Shown here in pieces: positions 25,792 through 40,584 of a stretch of 64,000 bases of DNA. Under the pieces are notes generated by a model that had not been told where the DNA came from, made no database searches, and saw only the letters and a list, made by a program, of their open reading frames with translations. The stretch comes from Octopus sinensis (Eukaryota). Location: assembly GCF_006345805.1 (NCBI RefSeq), contig NC_043012.1:46686001-46750000 (forward strand), read 5' to 3'. A program made the position numbers and the translations under genes. The number at the start of each line of letters is the position of its first letter. Position 1 is the first letter of the stretch.

Positions 25792-26301
25792 CCATAAATC
25801 CTGGAGTATAATCCGCATTTTTTTCCAAAAATTTAAAGGTTAATATCCCTAGTGTGTACTATATACGAGGTTGAAAATGAAAAATATTTTCTAAACAATG
25901 TCCGTGTCTCTATTTGCTGTCCAACAATGCTTATTCAGACGCATTTTGTGATGTCGAGCGCGAAAATACCTTAAACTAAACCTGGAAGCAATGAAGTCTT
26001 AAAATAATCATCCAAAACTTGCAGTAAGCAACATTTATTAAAATAAAAGTATTGAGAACACTGAATAACATATAACAAAAATAATTTGTAAACATATTTA
26101 CATTCCCATATAACAGTTAAGAACATCACCATTATTGTATTAAGCATGCGAGGAAGTGTTTGTTCGACTAGGTGCTGCTGGCTTAATTACACATGACTCA
26201 GGTAAGAGAAGGAGTGCGTATTATACACAAGGCTTAGGTACAGCACCCTAAAAATCCCCTGCGTATTATACTCAGGGCGGACTATACTCGACGATTTACG
26301 G
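25792..26301. mobile_element. Non-autonomous Tc1/mariner-superfamily element (Tc2/pogo-type MITE), ~510 bp
   Basis: Imperfect TIRs ccataaatcctggagtataatccgc / gcggactatactcgacgatttacgg, flanked by TA on both sides within (TATG)n. Confidence 0.75.
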
Positions 26302-26409
26302 TATGTATGTTTGTTTGTATGTATGTATGTGTATATGATGTATGTATGTATGTATGTATGTATGTAGGTATGTATGTATGTATGTATGTATGTATGTATG
26401 TATGTGCAG

Positions 26410-27420
26410 ATTTGTATGTTTTATGTTTGTATTTTCCTGCATATAATTACATATCTAGACATGCTCATATACATTTAAATAATAAACTTCTGGAAAGTTT
26501 TATAGATTTTTACAGTTCCAGTGTTGGATTGGAACTGCAGTCTTCGAATTAGCTTTCTGCTTCCTAGTTTTGAAAAGCCTAATTTCTCAAGATTGGTATT
26601 AAGGCAGTGTGTTACATATCCCAGGAACCCAATAATTACAGGTATAAACCTGAACTTGTAATCTGGATTGAGTAACTTCAGATTTCTCAATTGTTCAGTA
26701 TAAGTGTTTTCCTTTTCACTGATCTCTATCTTTATGTTAACATCTTCTGGGCAGCTAATTTCCACAAATGTGCACAGTTTCTCTTCTCTATCACAAATTA
26801 TTATATGATGTCTGTTGTGCTTACATTTTATTGAGGTCTTCACTGGTACATTCCACCACTATTCTTTTTCATTATGAGTGGCCATGACTTCTACCATATT
26901 GTGGATTTTGTTTCTTTGTCGTCGGGATTATCCTACCGACGGATTTCATTATAGAATGTCCTAGTTACAACGTGATGTCTCATCGGTAGATAATACCATG
27001 ATGACACTTTCAGACAACTGCTTATGATGTGGGTGATATCTTCAGTGTTAAATCCACAAAGTCTGCATCAGTTGTCACATTTTACGGTTTTTCCTGCGTC
27101 TCTATCCCTTTTGTGCATCAGGTACTTCGTTGATATTTCGTGTTCCTGGATTGCAAATGCATACCCTTCAAAGTGGGAGGTAGTAATCCGGCTGTTCGTC
27201 CATGCTTTGATCATCGATGTTACTTTCATGGCGGAGCTTTCTATCCATGCATAGTCTTCTAACATCTAGGCTCATTCTTTCATCTGATAATGTTTCTTTA
27301 ACAGCTTTTAATACCGTATCTAGTGGGTTTCTTTTACTCACTTTGGTAGAGAATACTCTCTCCTCGAAAGAGCTCTTCAAAACCAAAGTTTCTTTTTCTC
27401 GGAAAATTTCCATAAGGGCA
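26410..27420 (-). mobile_element. 5'-truncated R4/Dong-like non-LTR retrotransposon (CCHC finger and RLE)
   Basis: FEGYAFAIQEHEISTKYL...CRLCGFNTEDITHIISSC...CKHNRHHIIICDREEKLCTFVEISCP...IPVIIGFLGYV; the 3' end runs into (CATA)n. Confidence 0.8.
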
Positions 27421-28519
27421 CATATATAATGAAATATACGCTAAATCGTCTAACTACATAAAATGTTTTCACTATTGTTATTACAAACGTGTCGGATCGA
27501 GGAAGAAATTCGTAAAAATTCATTTTCCCCGTATAGGCCGATTTCCGGATTAATCCTTCATCACCGAGGAACACGGAAAATGAAAATAAGTGGAATACTT
27601 ACACATACCCGAGGAAAAGCAGACGCAAAGACATGTATACATATATGTACCCCAAATATATCCAAATAGAAATAATTCCGTAGCAAGCCTCGACACGCCT
27701 GCAACCAGTCAGGAATTGCACTTAAGTGGTTAACCTGTTCCGAAGTGAATGGGAATTAATTCACTTCAAATATAAGGATAATTTTTTTCAAGAAATACTT
27801 TATCAGTGGCCAGTTTCTGAAAAAATACCTTTAAAGGTGAAATTATAAATATGGGCAAAAGAAAAAATTTCTTTGTCAGCATATTGAAATAGATGCTTAA
27901 TTGTCTTAACCGCATTAGCCATTTTCTCCATTATTACAGCACACGTGTCGAAAGGAGGAAGCAAGCCAACAGAAATTCTTAAAAATTTAGTTATCTCTGT
28001 ATCGGTCCGATTTCTGAATTAATCTAAAAGGATATTTCTTTCATTGTTCCTCGCTGATGAAGGAAAAATGCTTTTGGATTAATCCAGAAATCGGGCCGAA
28101 ACGGAGATAACTAAATTTTACGAATTTCTGTCGACTTGCTTCCACGTTTCGAAATGTGTGTAATAATACAGACACACATGCACAAATGCATGCACATATA
28201 TGTATAAAAGTTCGGGCTAAATCTAACGATCTTTATCTCTTTTTTTTTTTACGGGAACAGCTTGAAATATTCCCCAATAAGAGGAGTCTTAACTCTTTCA
28301 TCATTTCCCAGTAGCTGATGCGTTGCATTGAGACAATTTCCTTGGTGTAGCGTAGCTTTGTTGTGTTGCTTCGAGTTCCGCTGTAAGATTTATATTGTGT
28401 GCTGGGAGCTGTAGTCGAAGCGGCTAATTTCCTTTTATCTCCTTCTGAATGTTAGGAGGTTCCATACAGCTAGCCGTCTACATTATATTACTAAATTAAT
28501 AATATCTACATAAAATAAT

Positions 28520-28910
28520 GCATCAATACACATGTCAATGCACAAGGTCACTCACTGATTTTGATCCGGGGATTGCAATTCGTCCCAGGTCAATGTATCT
28601 TGTCTGCATGTCGTTCAGATTAGTGTGCTGGTACAGCACGGCTTCGAATTTTCCTGCATTAAACTGTGTTTTGCTGTCCTCAGCCCACCTGTATATTGTG
28701 TCCAATCCCCCTTGCATATATGCAATATTTCCAGGCCTTTGAATAATCAGAGAGATTTTTGTGTCGTCTTCATAGGTCGGGCGTGTCTGACAGAGCCACT
28801 ACAAGTGGCTCTAAGACAGTGCCCTGTGGAATACCACTTACTATTTGTATTTCCTTTCAGGTGGTTCCTTGGGCAACCAATGACTGACTTCTCTGTTTTA
28901 ACGTTCTAGC
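28520..28910 (-). mobile_element. Decayed CR1/L2-group LINE RT fragment
   Basis: IVSGIPQGTVLEPL...LDTIYRWAEDSKTQFNAGKFE. Confidence 0.7.
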
Positions 28911-28969
28911 TAACTTCCTTTGTTTACAGCATTGCCTGGAAGGAAGGGGTGTAGCGTGTTATCGTTGTA

Positions 28970-29593
28970 TTAAACATGAGAAAGCTGAGCAGAGAATTTG
29001 CATCAAATTTACCAAAAGCTTGGTGATACCTGCTCAGAGGCCTACGCAAAGTCTTGAAAAAGTTTTCATCATTCTCGACACAATCAAGGAGAGCCTGTGC
29101 AACGGAAACCCGAGTGTCGTTTTGGTCAGCTGAAAGCAGTTTCGGCACAAACTTGGCAGACACTCATATCCATAACTGATAACTCACGGATGGTCATTCG
29201 ACGATTTCCCCTCAGAGCTTCACGTACATCTGTGATATTTTTCTCAGTTCTACTAGTTGCGGGTATCCCAGAACATTCGTGAAGTTCGTCCTTTTTTCGG
29301 CCATTTTGGAAACATCTGAACCACTCGTACACTTGTGTGCGGCTCATAGACTTCTCTCCATACACTTTCAACAAATTAGTGCAAGCCTCTGAGCAGGTAT
29401 CAGCATGAAACTTGCACTGTCATGGTCAGTACGATGATAATACTCTACACACGTTCCTTCCAAGCTATGTTGGAAATAGTGGAAGTAAGTAAGCCAGAGC
29501 GTTAAACATTCGTGCGCATGCACAGCGGCCTCACATGCCTGCTTAACATTTGTTACTATGGCAACAGTCAGGATGGTTATTGATGATACCTCG
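28970..29593 (-). mobile_element. Mariner transposase remnant with left TIR
   Basis: The minus-strand end reads TA-CGAGGTATC. The remnant gives MLKVYGEKSMSRTQVYEWFRCFQNGR...R...RRMTIREL...SAKFVPKLL. An N-terminal piece is duplicated in inverted orientation at ~28975-29055. Confidence 0.8.
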
Positions 29594-30499
29594 TATATCT
29601 ATCTGTCAAGCAAGCAGTGACCGACTGCAGAATGTTATAGACGAGTCTACTTTGTGACTAAGAGTATATTCCTAGGTTGCAAAAGAAAGTGTAAGTGGCT
29701 GTTTGCGTGGTGATCGCGTTTTATTGGTTAATTTGCAAACATCATCAATCACATCAGTAACACACTTTCAGTTGATCAGCGCCTGAGTGTCTGTTTATTA
29801 GAGGCTGCCACACCATTGGGGGTAATACGGTACATATACAAAATATCACAAGCGTTGCCTCAAAAAGTACGAAACTAGAATTGTAAACTGTACACGCCCA
29901 AAAGGATTACAAAATGCCATAATAAACCTTAAAGATGCGACACTCGCATTGTTGCTTTAAAATGTTGGAATCACTATATGTTGTACATTTAGTGGCATCC
30001 TTTTATCACAAGAAATTTGTTTAGTTCATGGAAATTAAGTAACATTAAAAATTGATTAAGTTAAATTACCCTATACTCAATTTTAACAAAACAGTCGTGT
30101 ACGAATGCTAATGTCATCTTTACGTAAATAATTAAATCTATGATAATTCTTAGGAATTTACAAGTATTCAATCAAATATTATTCAGTAATAATTTGTTTA
30201 ATTCGCATAACTTCCATTAATATGTGTATCATAATGCGAATTATCTGTGCTTATAATTATTTCGTTTTCGTACTTTTGCTGTTAACTAGATTCGACTTCA
30301 TCATAAATCCAGTTTTTTTTAAATTATTGTACTGTGAACTATGGTTTTTATATACGTTGGTATGAAGAGTATTATAATGAATTTACTCTTTCGAAGTCAA
30401 AGATCATATTTTGTACATTTTCAAATTTTTATATTAAAAATTCGGTTTAATAATTATCGTGACAACGTAATTCACACATGAGTCTCTTTTCATTTGAAG

Positions 30500-30725
30500 G
30501 TTTGTTATGATATTCTGTAAACCTTTTGAGCGTGCGCATTCTTCAAAATTAGTATATATATATATATATATATATAGGCAAGAAGTTGAACATTTTTTTG
30601 CTGATGACACTCCCCGGACCCTAAGTAAGACATGTGTAAAATTTGAATGAAATTGGTTGTGTAGTTCTTAAGTTTTAGGGAAACAGACAGACAGACACAC
30701 ACACACATTCTCAGTTTATATATAT
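30500..30725 (+). mobile_element. Possible end of a non-autonomous Helentron-associated (DINE-1/HINE-like) element
   Basis: aaaatttgaatgaaattggttgtgtagtt...(CAGA)n(CA)n-ttctcagtttatatatat layout; pattern recognition only. Confidence 0.35.
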
Positions 30726-31390
30726 ATATTATATATATAATATATATATATAATATTATATATATTATATATATATATAAAGGGAGAGAGAGAGAGAGTT
30801 TGTCTGTGGTATGTGTATATATATATAGGGATGTATAAACATATGACTCGGCGTTCCCGGGTTACTGCTGTTCTTGTTCAGATTATTAAATAATAAATAT
30901 AAGGTTTTATCCTCATAAATATTTCAAAATATCTATATTTTACTTTAAAATATCCAAATTGTAATGATAAAAGAATATTCGAACTGAAAATCTGTCAATG
31001 CTGTAGTAGCTCAGGGTAAACAATATTCATTGTGTAAATTTTTCTTGGTTTCGAAATGAATAAATCGTTGTTGTTTCCAACTCGCGAGTTGGTCATGGGA
31101 GAAGCATGTAGAAGAAAGATCACGTCCAACTACAAATGGAACGTCTGTAGATATGAGAGGATTTGGAGGATAAAGACATTTTCTCCTTTGTAAGTATCTT
31201 CTATGATTGTTGCTTGTAGTACATGGGGCTTCATGGAAGTAACAATTAAGTGATTTCATTTGCACAGGTGATATGGTCATGATTCCTGAGCAACAGAATG
31301 GGAACACCCAATTAAATATGTTCAGAAAATCAACAGTGTGGTCTCGATCGACTGCTATCATTTGATCGAAAAGTCATTTTTGATGTATCT

Positions 31391-31790
31391 CTTTACTCTT
31401 TTACTCTTTTACTTTTTTGACTGCGGCCATGCTGGAGCAAACCTTTAATCGAGCAACTCGACCCCGGGACTTATTCTTTTGTAAGCCCAGTACTTATTCT
31501 ATCGGTCTCTTTTGCCGAACCGCTAAGTAACGGGGACATAAACACACCAGCATCGGTTATCAAGCAATGCTAGGGGGACAAACACAGACACACAAACACA
31601 CACACGCATATATATATACATATATACGACGGGCTTCTTTCAGTTTCCGTCTACCAAATCCACTCACAAGGCTTTGTTCGGCCCGAGGCTATAGTAGAAG
31701 ACACTTGCCCAAGGTGCCACGCAGTGGGACTGAACCCGGAATCATGTGGTTGGTAAACAAGCTACTTACCACACAGCCACTCCTGCGCCT
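31391..31790 (-). mobile_element. tRNA-derived SINE (major family in this window)
   Basis: Head aggcgcaggagtggctgtgtggtaag...ccgggttcagtcccactgcgtggcacc and a (AGAGTAAA)-like tail. Confidence 0.85.
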
Positions 31791-32039
31791 ATATCTGTAT
31801 CTGTTAACTTTTGAAGAAGTTCAAGTTTGAGTGGAATTTTTGGAGGTTACGGTCAAGTACCTCTAGAGTTCCGTGATATGACAGTGGGCTCATCCCAAAC
31901 AATGAGGCATATTAGTTGGAAAACTGTTGCTATTGCAGTGTTTTTAGAAATCTTGCACGTTTGAGATTATTTCATTGCAGGGTTTAGAGGTAGCTTGAAC
32001 TTGGAATGAGCAGTTCTTCACCCATTGAGCAGCGAAGTT

Positions 32040-32490
32040 GCAATACCAGATGAAGGTTACATTTTATTTCCTCCCATTTAAGATTGCAGGTGAAATTGAC
32101 AAAGATCTGGTTTTCCATGTCTTGATATATGTCATAGTAACCTTGTGTTCGTTGGTGCATATATCGAGGACCACCTGTGAAAGATTGTGGGAGGATTATG
32201 AATTGCCTCGTGTTTTGAATACCACCATCTGTCCTCAGAGCATCTTGGACATGAACATAATATTTAGCACTTAGCTCGTTTTGATTTCTACGAATGTAGA
32301 GACGCTGCTGACTCACAACTTTAGCATATACCTTAACCAGGTATTGCTGAAATAGATCCCGATACATGTTTAATTGTTTTGATTGTTCTTCTCTTAACAT
32401 CGTTTGGTAAAAATAGAAGTCCTTTGACGACAACTTTTTGTTTGTGATTGGCTATCCTGTTGCAGGTTCAATCTGTGGATTACTGAAATA
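32040..32490 (-). mobile_element. Helitron Rep (Helitron_like_N) remnant
   Basis: KKLSSKDFYFYQTMLR...DLFQQYLVKVYAKV...LYIRRNQNEL...IILPQSFTGGPRYMHQR...FVNFTCNLKWEEI. Confidence 0.85.
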
Positions 32491-32689
32491 TTTACTTCAA
32501 AGTAAACATTAACGATAATTTTTGCTAAACTGGTGAATTTCTGACCCTGGAATATTTAATATTTCTTTCCGAAATATACCCGCACCCAACCATCATCACG
32601 AACTTTTTATACCATATATTTTGCAACTGTTTTGACTACATTTCGTTTCTCCTGAACTTCCTGTGTGTACGTTTTGCTGTTTTCAATAT

Positions 32690-32985
32690 TCACAATTCTA
32701 TGAGTGTGTGTGCGTATTTCCACATTCGCTACATCTATAGTAAACTACAATTAATGTAATTTTACGCCGTTTTAATGAGCCCACAACTAATGAGGTAGCC
32801 ATCCTTATGGTAGGTGATGCCCATGAAAATCCTGATATTCTCATTCGTGCTCGAGATAACAAACTTAAACTTATTTCAGGGGCTCGTCCCTCTTATCATG
32901 CTCTCCGGTATACTTTTATTCTGTGGAATGGACAAGGTGGGTATCATTTCAATATTCCACAGATTGAACCTGCGACAGGATATTA
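32690..32985 (+). mobile_element. Helitron Rep upstream segment in the opposite orientation
   Basis: FNEPTTNEVAILMVG...DILIRARDNKLKLIS...SYHALRYTFILWNGQGGYHFNIPQIEPATG matches the NAP...EVA...YDALQYPL...DGY region of Helitron Rep. Confidence 0.75.
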
Positions 32986-35755
32986 CGAACAAATATGTTT
33001 ACTGTAAAGTAAACATTATTTAAACGGTTAGTGTTTATTCTAACAGCCGGCTCCCAGAAAAAAAGGCAATGTATTAGGTGTAAAAATGTGTATGAAACAA
33101 ATATTTAAACAAAAATTTGCGCCTACCAACTGGGGGGAGAAGACTTTCGAAAAATTCACAAGACCCGATTTTTTTTTACCTCGTAACTTGTAGGAAAATG
33201 GATATTTTTTAAAGAAATATCATATAAATCCTCTGCATTGATTATGATTATAAAGAAATTTGTGGGGAAAATTTTCTCTGGCACAAGAATTTCGAAGAGA
33301 ACGAAATTCATAAATTATTTTTAATTGGAAAAAAGTTTTACAAAAAAAAATTTAGATTCATTTATTTTTCGTTTGAGTAATAGAAAAAGATTTTTATAAA
33401 TATCTCAAGAGTGGAGATGTGCTAAAACAGATACACACACACACACACACCACACACACACACACAAACACGCACACACACACATACAGATACACGCACT
33501 TTTTTCTATAGTGAAACTATATTCAACACCGTATTTATGAATTTGTTTCTCTCACCAAGATGCATGGGATCTTTTTCAAAACCATTTTTTGTTGCTCAAA
33601 TAAAAAATAACTGAATCTTCCAAAATTACTATGCAGCCCCGATGTAACAAACTCCAGGCTGCAACTAAACTAAACTCTTTCAATATCGGCGTGCTTCATA
33701 AAAAATTATCACACATCCACCCGCGCACACATAGACTGTGACATGCAGTGTCATAGTTATAGTAAGATATGAGTGTGTCGTCACAAAAATGTATGTATTC
33801 TTGCACACACATGCATCATCAAACATATATACTTGTCAGTCACACACACACATACACACACACACTCACAGACACATACACACATATAGTAAATATGACG
33901 TCGCCATCGTCGTCGTTGTGGTATAAAATGTTGATGATTGATGACTTACAAAGATTATAATGATAAAATGTTGGAATGGAAATATGTAAATAAAAATAAA
34001 GTTTAGTTGGTAGCCGAAAGATTACTGAATCTTTTGACGCCCCATACGTCAAAAACCAGCAACTCAGTTTTCGAATCATAAGGAAATTACGCACACACAT
34101 ACAGATTCGCTTTTATACATATAGATACACACACACAAATACATAAACACATATACATATTTACTCATACATATATACTGTATTTGCTATACGCCCACCG
34201 AAGGACAACCGGTGTTGGTTTGATGACGTTCCACTAACAGATCGTTTTTTTCCAAAGTAATCAGACATATGATGGATGTACACATCTAATACCCTTCAAG
34301 TCAGTGCCCCAGCATAACATACACACACATACACACACATATGTATAGATATATATACGCACACACTCGTGTTTATATATATGCATCTACGCAGACGCAC
34401 TCGCACACGTATCTATATATGTTTATATAAATGTGTGTGGATGTGTGCTCACACATATACATACATGAACATACTCATATATGTAGATAGATAGATGAAT
34501 AGATACATAGATACATAGATATTTAAGGACACACTAAGAAGTACCTTTCACATGAATATAGTGTTCTCTATTGCTAAGCAGATATTCTGCAATATATATA
34601 TATATATATTATATGCATGCGGAAACGAAATACGTCTATCCGTGTCTGCCATGTTGTGTTTCTGTGTCTGTGTGTATGAATCTTTCATTTTTGTGTTTTC
34701 TTTTTTTAATACTTCTTACTTGCATGCTAATCCCGGCGCAGGAAATTGCACCTTATGCCTAGGCGGAGCGTCAGGCGTTGTGTTTTATGATTCAAGGTTA
34801 CCTGATAAACGTATTCGAAAATAGGTCTGCAGTTTTGATTTGTGAGTGCTAAAACCTGTGACAGCATAAACTAGTGCAGTTGCGGTAGCTGTACAGCCAA
34901 CAGGTTATTCAGCGATGTTCTCTACTGTTCTGCTGTATATGCTTGTATATACATGCACGCACGCACACACACACACACACATACACATTCGCACACACAC
35001 ACATACATACACACACACATACACACACACATACACACACCTGTGTATGTGTGTTTGATAGCACGTTCCAAATATTCTACGTGAGTGTATCACACTGTGT
35101 GAATGAATGAATGAGTCTGTGCCCGTGAATGTGGTGTCTGTGCGTTTGTGCGTGTGTGCGAGTATGTCTGAGTATGTGTGTGTATTTGTGTGTGTTTGTG
35201 TGTGTGTGGGCGTATGTCTGAGTATGTGCGTGCGTGCGTGTGTGTGTGTGTGTGTTGGTACTGTTGCATATTTTGAACTGAAGTGAAGTGAATACTAGAT
35301 TTGTTTCGCGAACGAGGCAGTACTGTTGATAGTAGATCGATATTACACTCATTTGACCTTTGGCATACATCGATTGCGTTGCAAGAATGGTGCTGCTTTA
35401 TTTTCTGACGTCAGACACAGATAGGAAAGCAGACCACTTAAATAGTAAGAGAGCGAAACGAGGGAGACTGATGCAAAGAATGGAAGTGGATGCTTGAGAA
35501 TATAAAAAAAAACCCCAAAAAAACTTGAGATAAAGTTTAAAAAAAAAAAATCTGGAGAATATCAGGATGCATGAAGAAGAATATCGGTCTGTAGGCGTGC
35601 GTGTCTGGAGACGTGTCTGTAGAATCAGACAACATAATATATTTCTCTCGTGTGTAGATATTAGGCATTATTTTAGAGATACAAGTAAGTACGTACAATT
35701 ATATACACAAAGAAAAGATACATAGATATAAGTATTTTGTGCGTGTGTGTGTATG

Positions 35756-35788
<33 letters not shown>

Positions 35789-35792
35789 ATAC

Positions 35793-35825
<33 letters not shown>

Positions 35826-37202
35826 TGTATGTATGTATGTATGTATGTATGTATGTATGTATGTATGTATGCATGTGTATGTAGATATATATGTGTGTGT
35901 TCTGTAACAATTATAGATACATGAAATGAGGGATAAAATATACAAATACTCCATAAAACAAAGAGAATGAAATTATATCACCGATCACTATATACATGCT
36001 GTGTGTATGCGATTGAATTTGAAAAGATAAGCACACCTTTAAACAGAATTTATCTGTCTGACTGTCCATTTCTTTCCCTCGCCTCTCCCACACACTCACA
36101 CACGCGCGAGCGCTAGTACACATGCAAGCACACAAACACACGCATACACACACATACACACACGCACACATTAACACACACATGTTTGTAAATGTTTAAT
36201 ATTCTCAGTAAATTTTAACAATGTTCATGAAATACGTGCAAGAGAATATTTAAATACACGCGCCGTATACATTGTCACTATTTATTATCTCATTTGTTTT
36301 TATATGTGTGTATATATGTATATATATAAAAATATGTATATATGTGTGTGTGTGATTTTTTAGTGTGCGTGTGCGTACGTGTGTATATGTTTGGGTGTGT
36401 GTGTATATATATAAAGATATATACATATAATTATATATATGTATACACACATTTATATGTGTGTGCATATTATATATATATATGTATATATGAATATATA
36501 TGTGTGCATATATATGTGTGTGTGCGAATGTGTATGTGTGTGTGTGTGTGTGCGCGCGTTATTCACCAAAGCAAATTTTGGCGTGTGCGAAAAGTGACTA
36601 ATCGATAAGTAGATCAGTCAAATAATCTATCATTCTCTCTCTCACTCTTCCTCTCTCTCCCTGTCTCTCTCTGTATCTACCTAGCCATCTACATCTGTAT
36701 ATAAATCCATCAGGATATGTTTGCGTGTGTATGCGTGTGCGTATGTACGCTGACACACAAACATACTCACACACATTCACATACACATACACCCACATAC
36801 TTATAAGTACGTATATGTATATATATATACACATACATTTATATATACATGCATATACATACATATATACATGTATGTATAAATATGAATATATATGTAT
36901 ATATATATATATATAATATACACACCTATATACAGTATATATAAATGTATGTGTATATATATATATGTATATATATATAGTGTATATATATATATATTTA
37001 TATATATAATACATATACACTATATACAATACATACATACGTACACACCACAAGTACATACAAACATATAAATACAATTATATTGTATAATGCACGCCCA
37101 CACATCACATATATATATGTGTGTATGTGCATACATATACATAAATATATATAGATAGATATAGATACAACACACACATATATGTATGTATATATATATA
37201 TA

Positions 37203-37235
<33 letters not shown>

Positions 37236-37239
37236 ATAT

Positions 37240-37325
<86 letters not shown>

Positions 37326-37853
37326 TATATATACATTTATACACACACACATATAGATATATATACAGTACTATATCACATACACATATGTTCATAAGAT
37401 GCGTTGCTGTATCTCAGGCAACATGGTTAGAGTATAGTCACTTTATTATCTAACTATATATGTATGTATTTGTGTGTGAGTGAGTGTGTGTGTGTGTGAG
37501 TGTGTGTGTGCGTGTGTGCGTGTGTGCGTTTGTGCGCGGGCGCACGCATGTATTATACACACGCATAAATTTCAATATAAGGAATAGGTATGCTTGTTGG
37601 AACCGTTAAATGAAAAACTAGAATATTTTTTTCCGAACCAGGAATTGCCAACATTAAATAGAACGGTCCGCTAACTTTATCATGGATGTATAATAATTTC
37701 TAAGTTATAACAAACAGTCCAACGTGTGTAGAATGTACAGTTTCCCTCTATATCTCCCTCTTTCTCCTCGTATATACATAACCACAACCTCACGCATACA
37801 CTCACACACACAAGCATATATATATATCGCACACGTCTATATGCGTCTGTATA

Positions 37854-37900
<47 letters not shown>

Positions 37901-38957
37901 CTATTCAAGGATGTATCATATACAGATGATACATCTATGTAGATAGATAAATAGATAGAATGATAGATAGACATCTGTGTTTGGATTTGCGTGTGCGTGT
38001 GTGCGTATGTGTGTGTGTGTGTGTATATGTGTGGGCGCGTGTGTAATCGTATTATTCATATTATGCTGGATATTAGTAAATAAATCTACAAGAAAACAAC
38101 CGAATTCCAGATGATAGTTGCCACATTCATTTTGTATCTGCACAGACCTTGCTGAGTAGACGTCCTTGACACAGGTTTTCGTGTCAGAAAATTCTTCAAC
38201 CTGTTGTTAGTGAATGAGGTAGGCTTGTGTGGCCTAATTTCAACACTCTTTTCTCCGACAACATCGTGTGACCGAAAGAAGTTGTCGTCAATTTCAAGGT
38301 TATGTTGATGCACGTAAGGGTATTAGCCGAAAACCTAAATGTAACGTAGTCAGCAGACTGCTAGAAATAGAAGCTAAAACCTTGTATAAACATGATAAGA
38401 GCGTATTCTCACGTGAATACTGGCTGAAAAGACGGAATGATCACGGAATGAATAAATTTGATTACCGATGAATACTATCATTCATTGTATTGTCCTTAGA
38501 GTTAACGATGGAAAAGTGTGGAGTGTAGTAAGTTAAGCAAAGTGATGGCACTGGTAGACGGATATGATGAAAGCAATAAATATATCTCCCAGTAGTTTGG
38601 TAATTTCAGTGTTTAATATCACCATCCGAGACACGAGGACACGATATATAACCTTAGGTTTTTATTATTGGTTTAAAATTTTGGCACAAGACCAGGAATA
38701 ACTGGAAAGGGGCTAAGTCCATTACATCGACCCCAGAATTCGACTGGAGTTCATTTTATTGAATCTGAAAAAAAAAGGGTGCCTTACTTCAGTCTCGCTG
38801 ACCTGTCACTCAACATACGCGCACATGTGCATACTCTCACGTATTTACGCTCGTACACACTCTCGCATATACGCACACACTCACATATAGGCGTACACAC
38901 GCGAAAACCTTCAATCAGCATGTTACACATATATACACATATATACATACAATACAG

Positions 38958-39125
38958 AGACGCAGGCGTGGCTATCAGTTAAGAAGTTTGCTTTCCAACC
39001 TTATGGTTCCAGGTTCAGTCCTAACTGAGTAGCACATTCGACAAATGCTTTCTACTACAGCCTCACGTCGACCAAATCACTACGAATGGATTTGGTTGAC
39101 GGAAACTAAAACACAACCGTTGTAT
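38958..39125 (+). mobile_element. tRNA-derived SINE, partial
   Basis: Head cgcaggcgtggct...ccaggttcagtcc...gacggaaactaaa. Confidence 0.65.
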
Positions 39126-39190
39126 ATGTATAAATGTATGCGCGTGTATATATATATATATACGTAAACACACATACATACATGCATGTG

Positions 39191-39528
39191 GGTGTGTGCT
39201 AAGTAGCTTGCTTAGCAACCACATGGTTCTGGGTTCAGTCCCACTGCATGGCACCTTGGGAAAGTGTCTTCTACTAAAGCCTGACTCCGACCAAAGCCAT
39301 GTGAGTAGATTTTGTAGACGGATACTGAATGAAGCCTGTCATATCTATATGTATGCGTCTGTGTCTTTTCCCCACCACCTTCGCTTGACAACCGATGCTG
39401 GTATGTTTATGTCCCCATAACTTAGCAGTTTGGCAAATGATAACAATAGAATAAGTCCTGCGGGTGATTTGTTTGACTAAAGGTGGTGCTCCAGCATGGC
39501 TGCAGCCAAATGACTGAAACAACTGAAA
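39191..39528 (+). mobile_element. tRNA-derived SINE
   Basis: Homologous to 53299-53745. Confidence 0.75.
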
Positions 39529-39603
<75 letters not shown>

Positions 39604-40550
39604 TATATTTGTATGTATTATAATATGCAAATATATATATAATATATATATATATCTATATATATATATATATATATAAAATGTATATAATACATGTATG
39701 CATTATATGTATATACATAATATGTGTGTGTGTGTTAACTATGTATTTATATGGTTGTATGTATATGCATGGTGTATATGAATGTACTTATGTATGTATG
39801 TGTGTGTGAATCTACCTGTGTGTGCGGAAGTAAGCGTATAAGCGGGAGGGAAAGAATGAGTTTACAAAAAGAGATTCATATAAATAAGGGTAGATAATAT
39901 GTAAATTTATGCCTATATTTCTGTGTGGGTGCGTGTGCACCTTTATGTTCATGTGTTTGCCTGTGTGTGTGTGTGTGTTGTGTGTGTGTGTGTCTTGTGT
40001 GTGTATATGTGAGTAAGTGTGTTTGTGTGTGAATTTGTGTATGTGCTTCGTACACATTCCTCCTATAACAGTGTGTTGTAATCTGCACGTGATCCATAGA
40101 TATACACATCAAACTAAATATTCTACAAAGCGAATTTACATGAAAACAACAACACCACCAACAACAACAACAACTACTACTACTACTACTACAACGACGA
40201 CGACAACAACAACAACAGTAATACTGCAAGCTCCATTAACGTAGTTGTCATGGAAACTATGAAGAAATTAAGAGCGAATGTATATGTATTTATGTATATT
40301 GAATGAATAAGGAATAAAACATAACAGTTAAAATTTGTAAACACTCATATTTAACATTTATGTACAAAAATATACAAGTACGCACACAAGCACATACACA
40401 CGCACGCACACACACACACACACACACCACACACGCACGCACGCACACACACACATTCAGAATATGAATGTGAGACATTTAGATAGAAATGCATCTGTAT
40501 ATAGAACCGAATTATTATCGATAACAGTATGTACACTATACAGACAACGA

Positions 40551-40584
<34 letters not shown>

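Noticed and set aside
27500-28135. Hammerhead-like tgatgaagga...tcc.gaaat motifs and a small inverted repeat
   Set aside because: There is no valid stem III or NUH site; probably decayed PLE termini, too degenerate to call.
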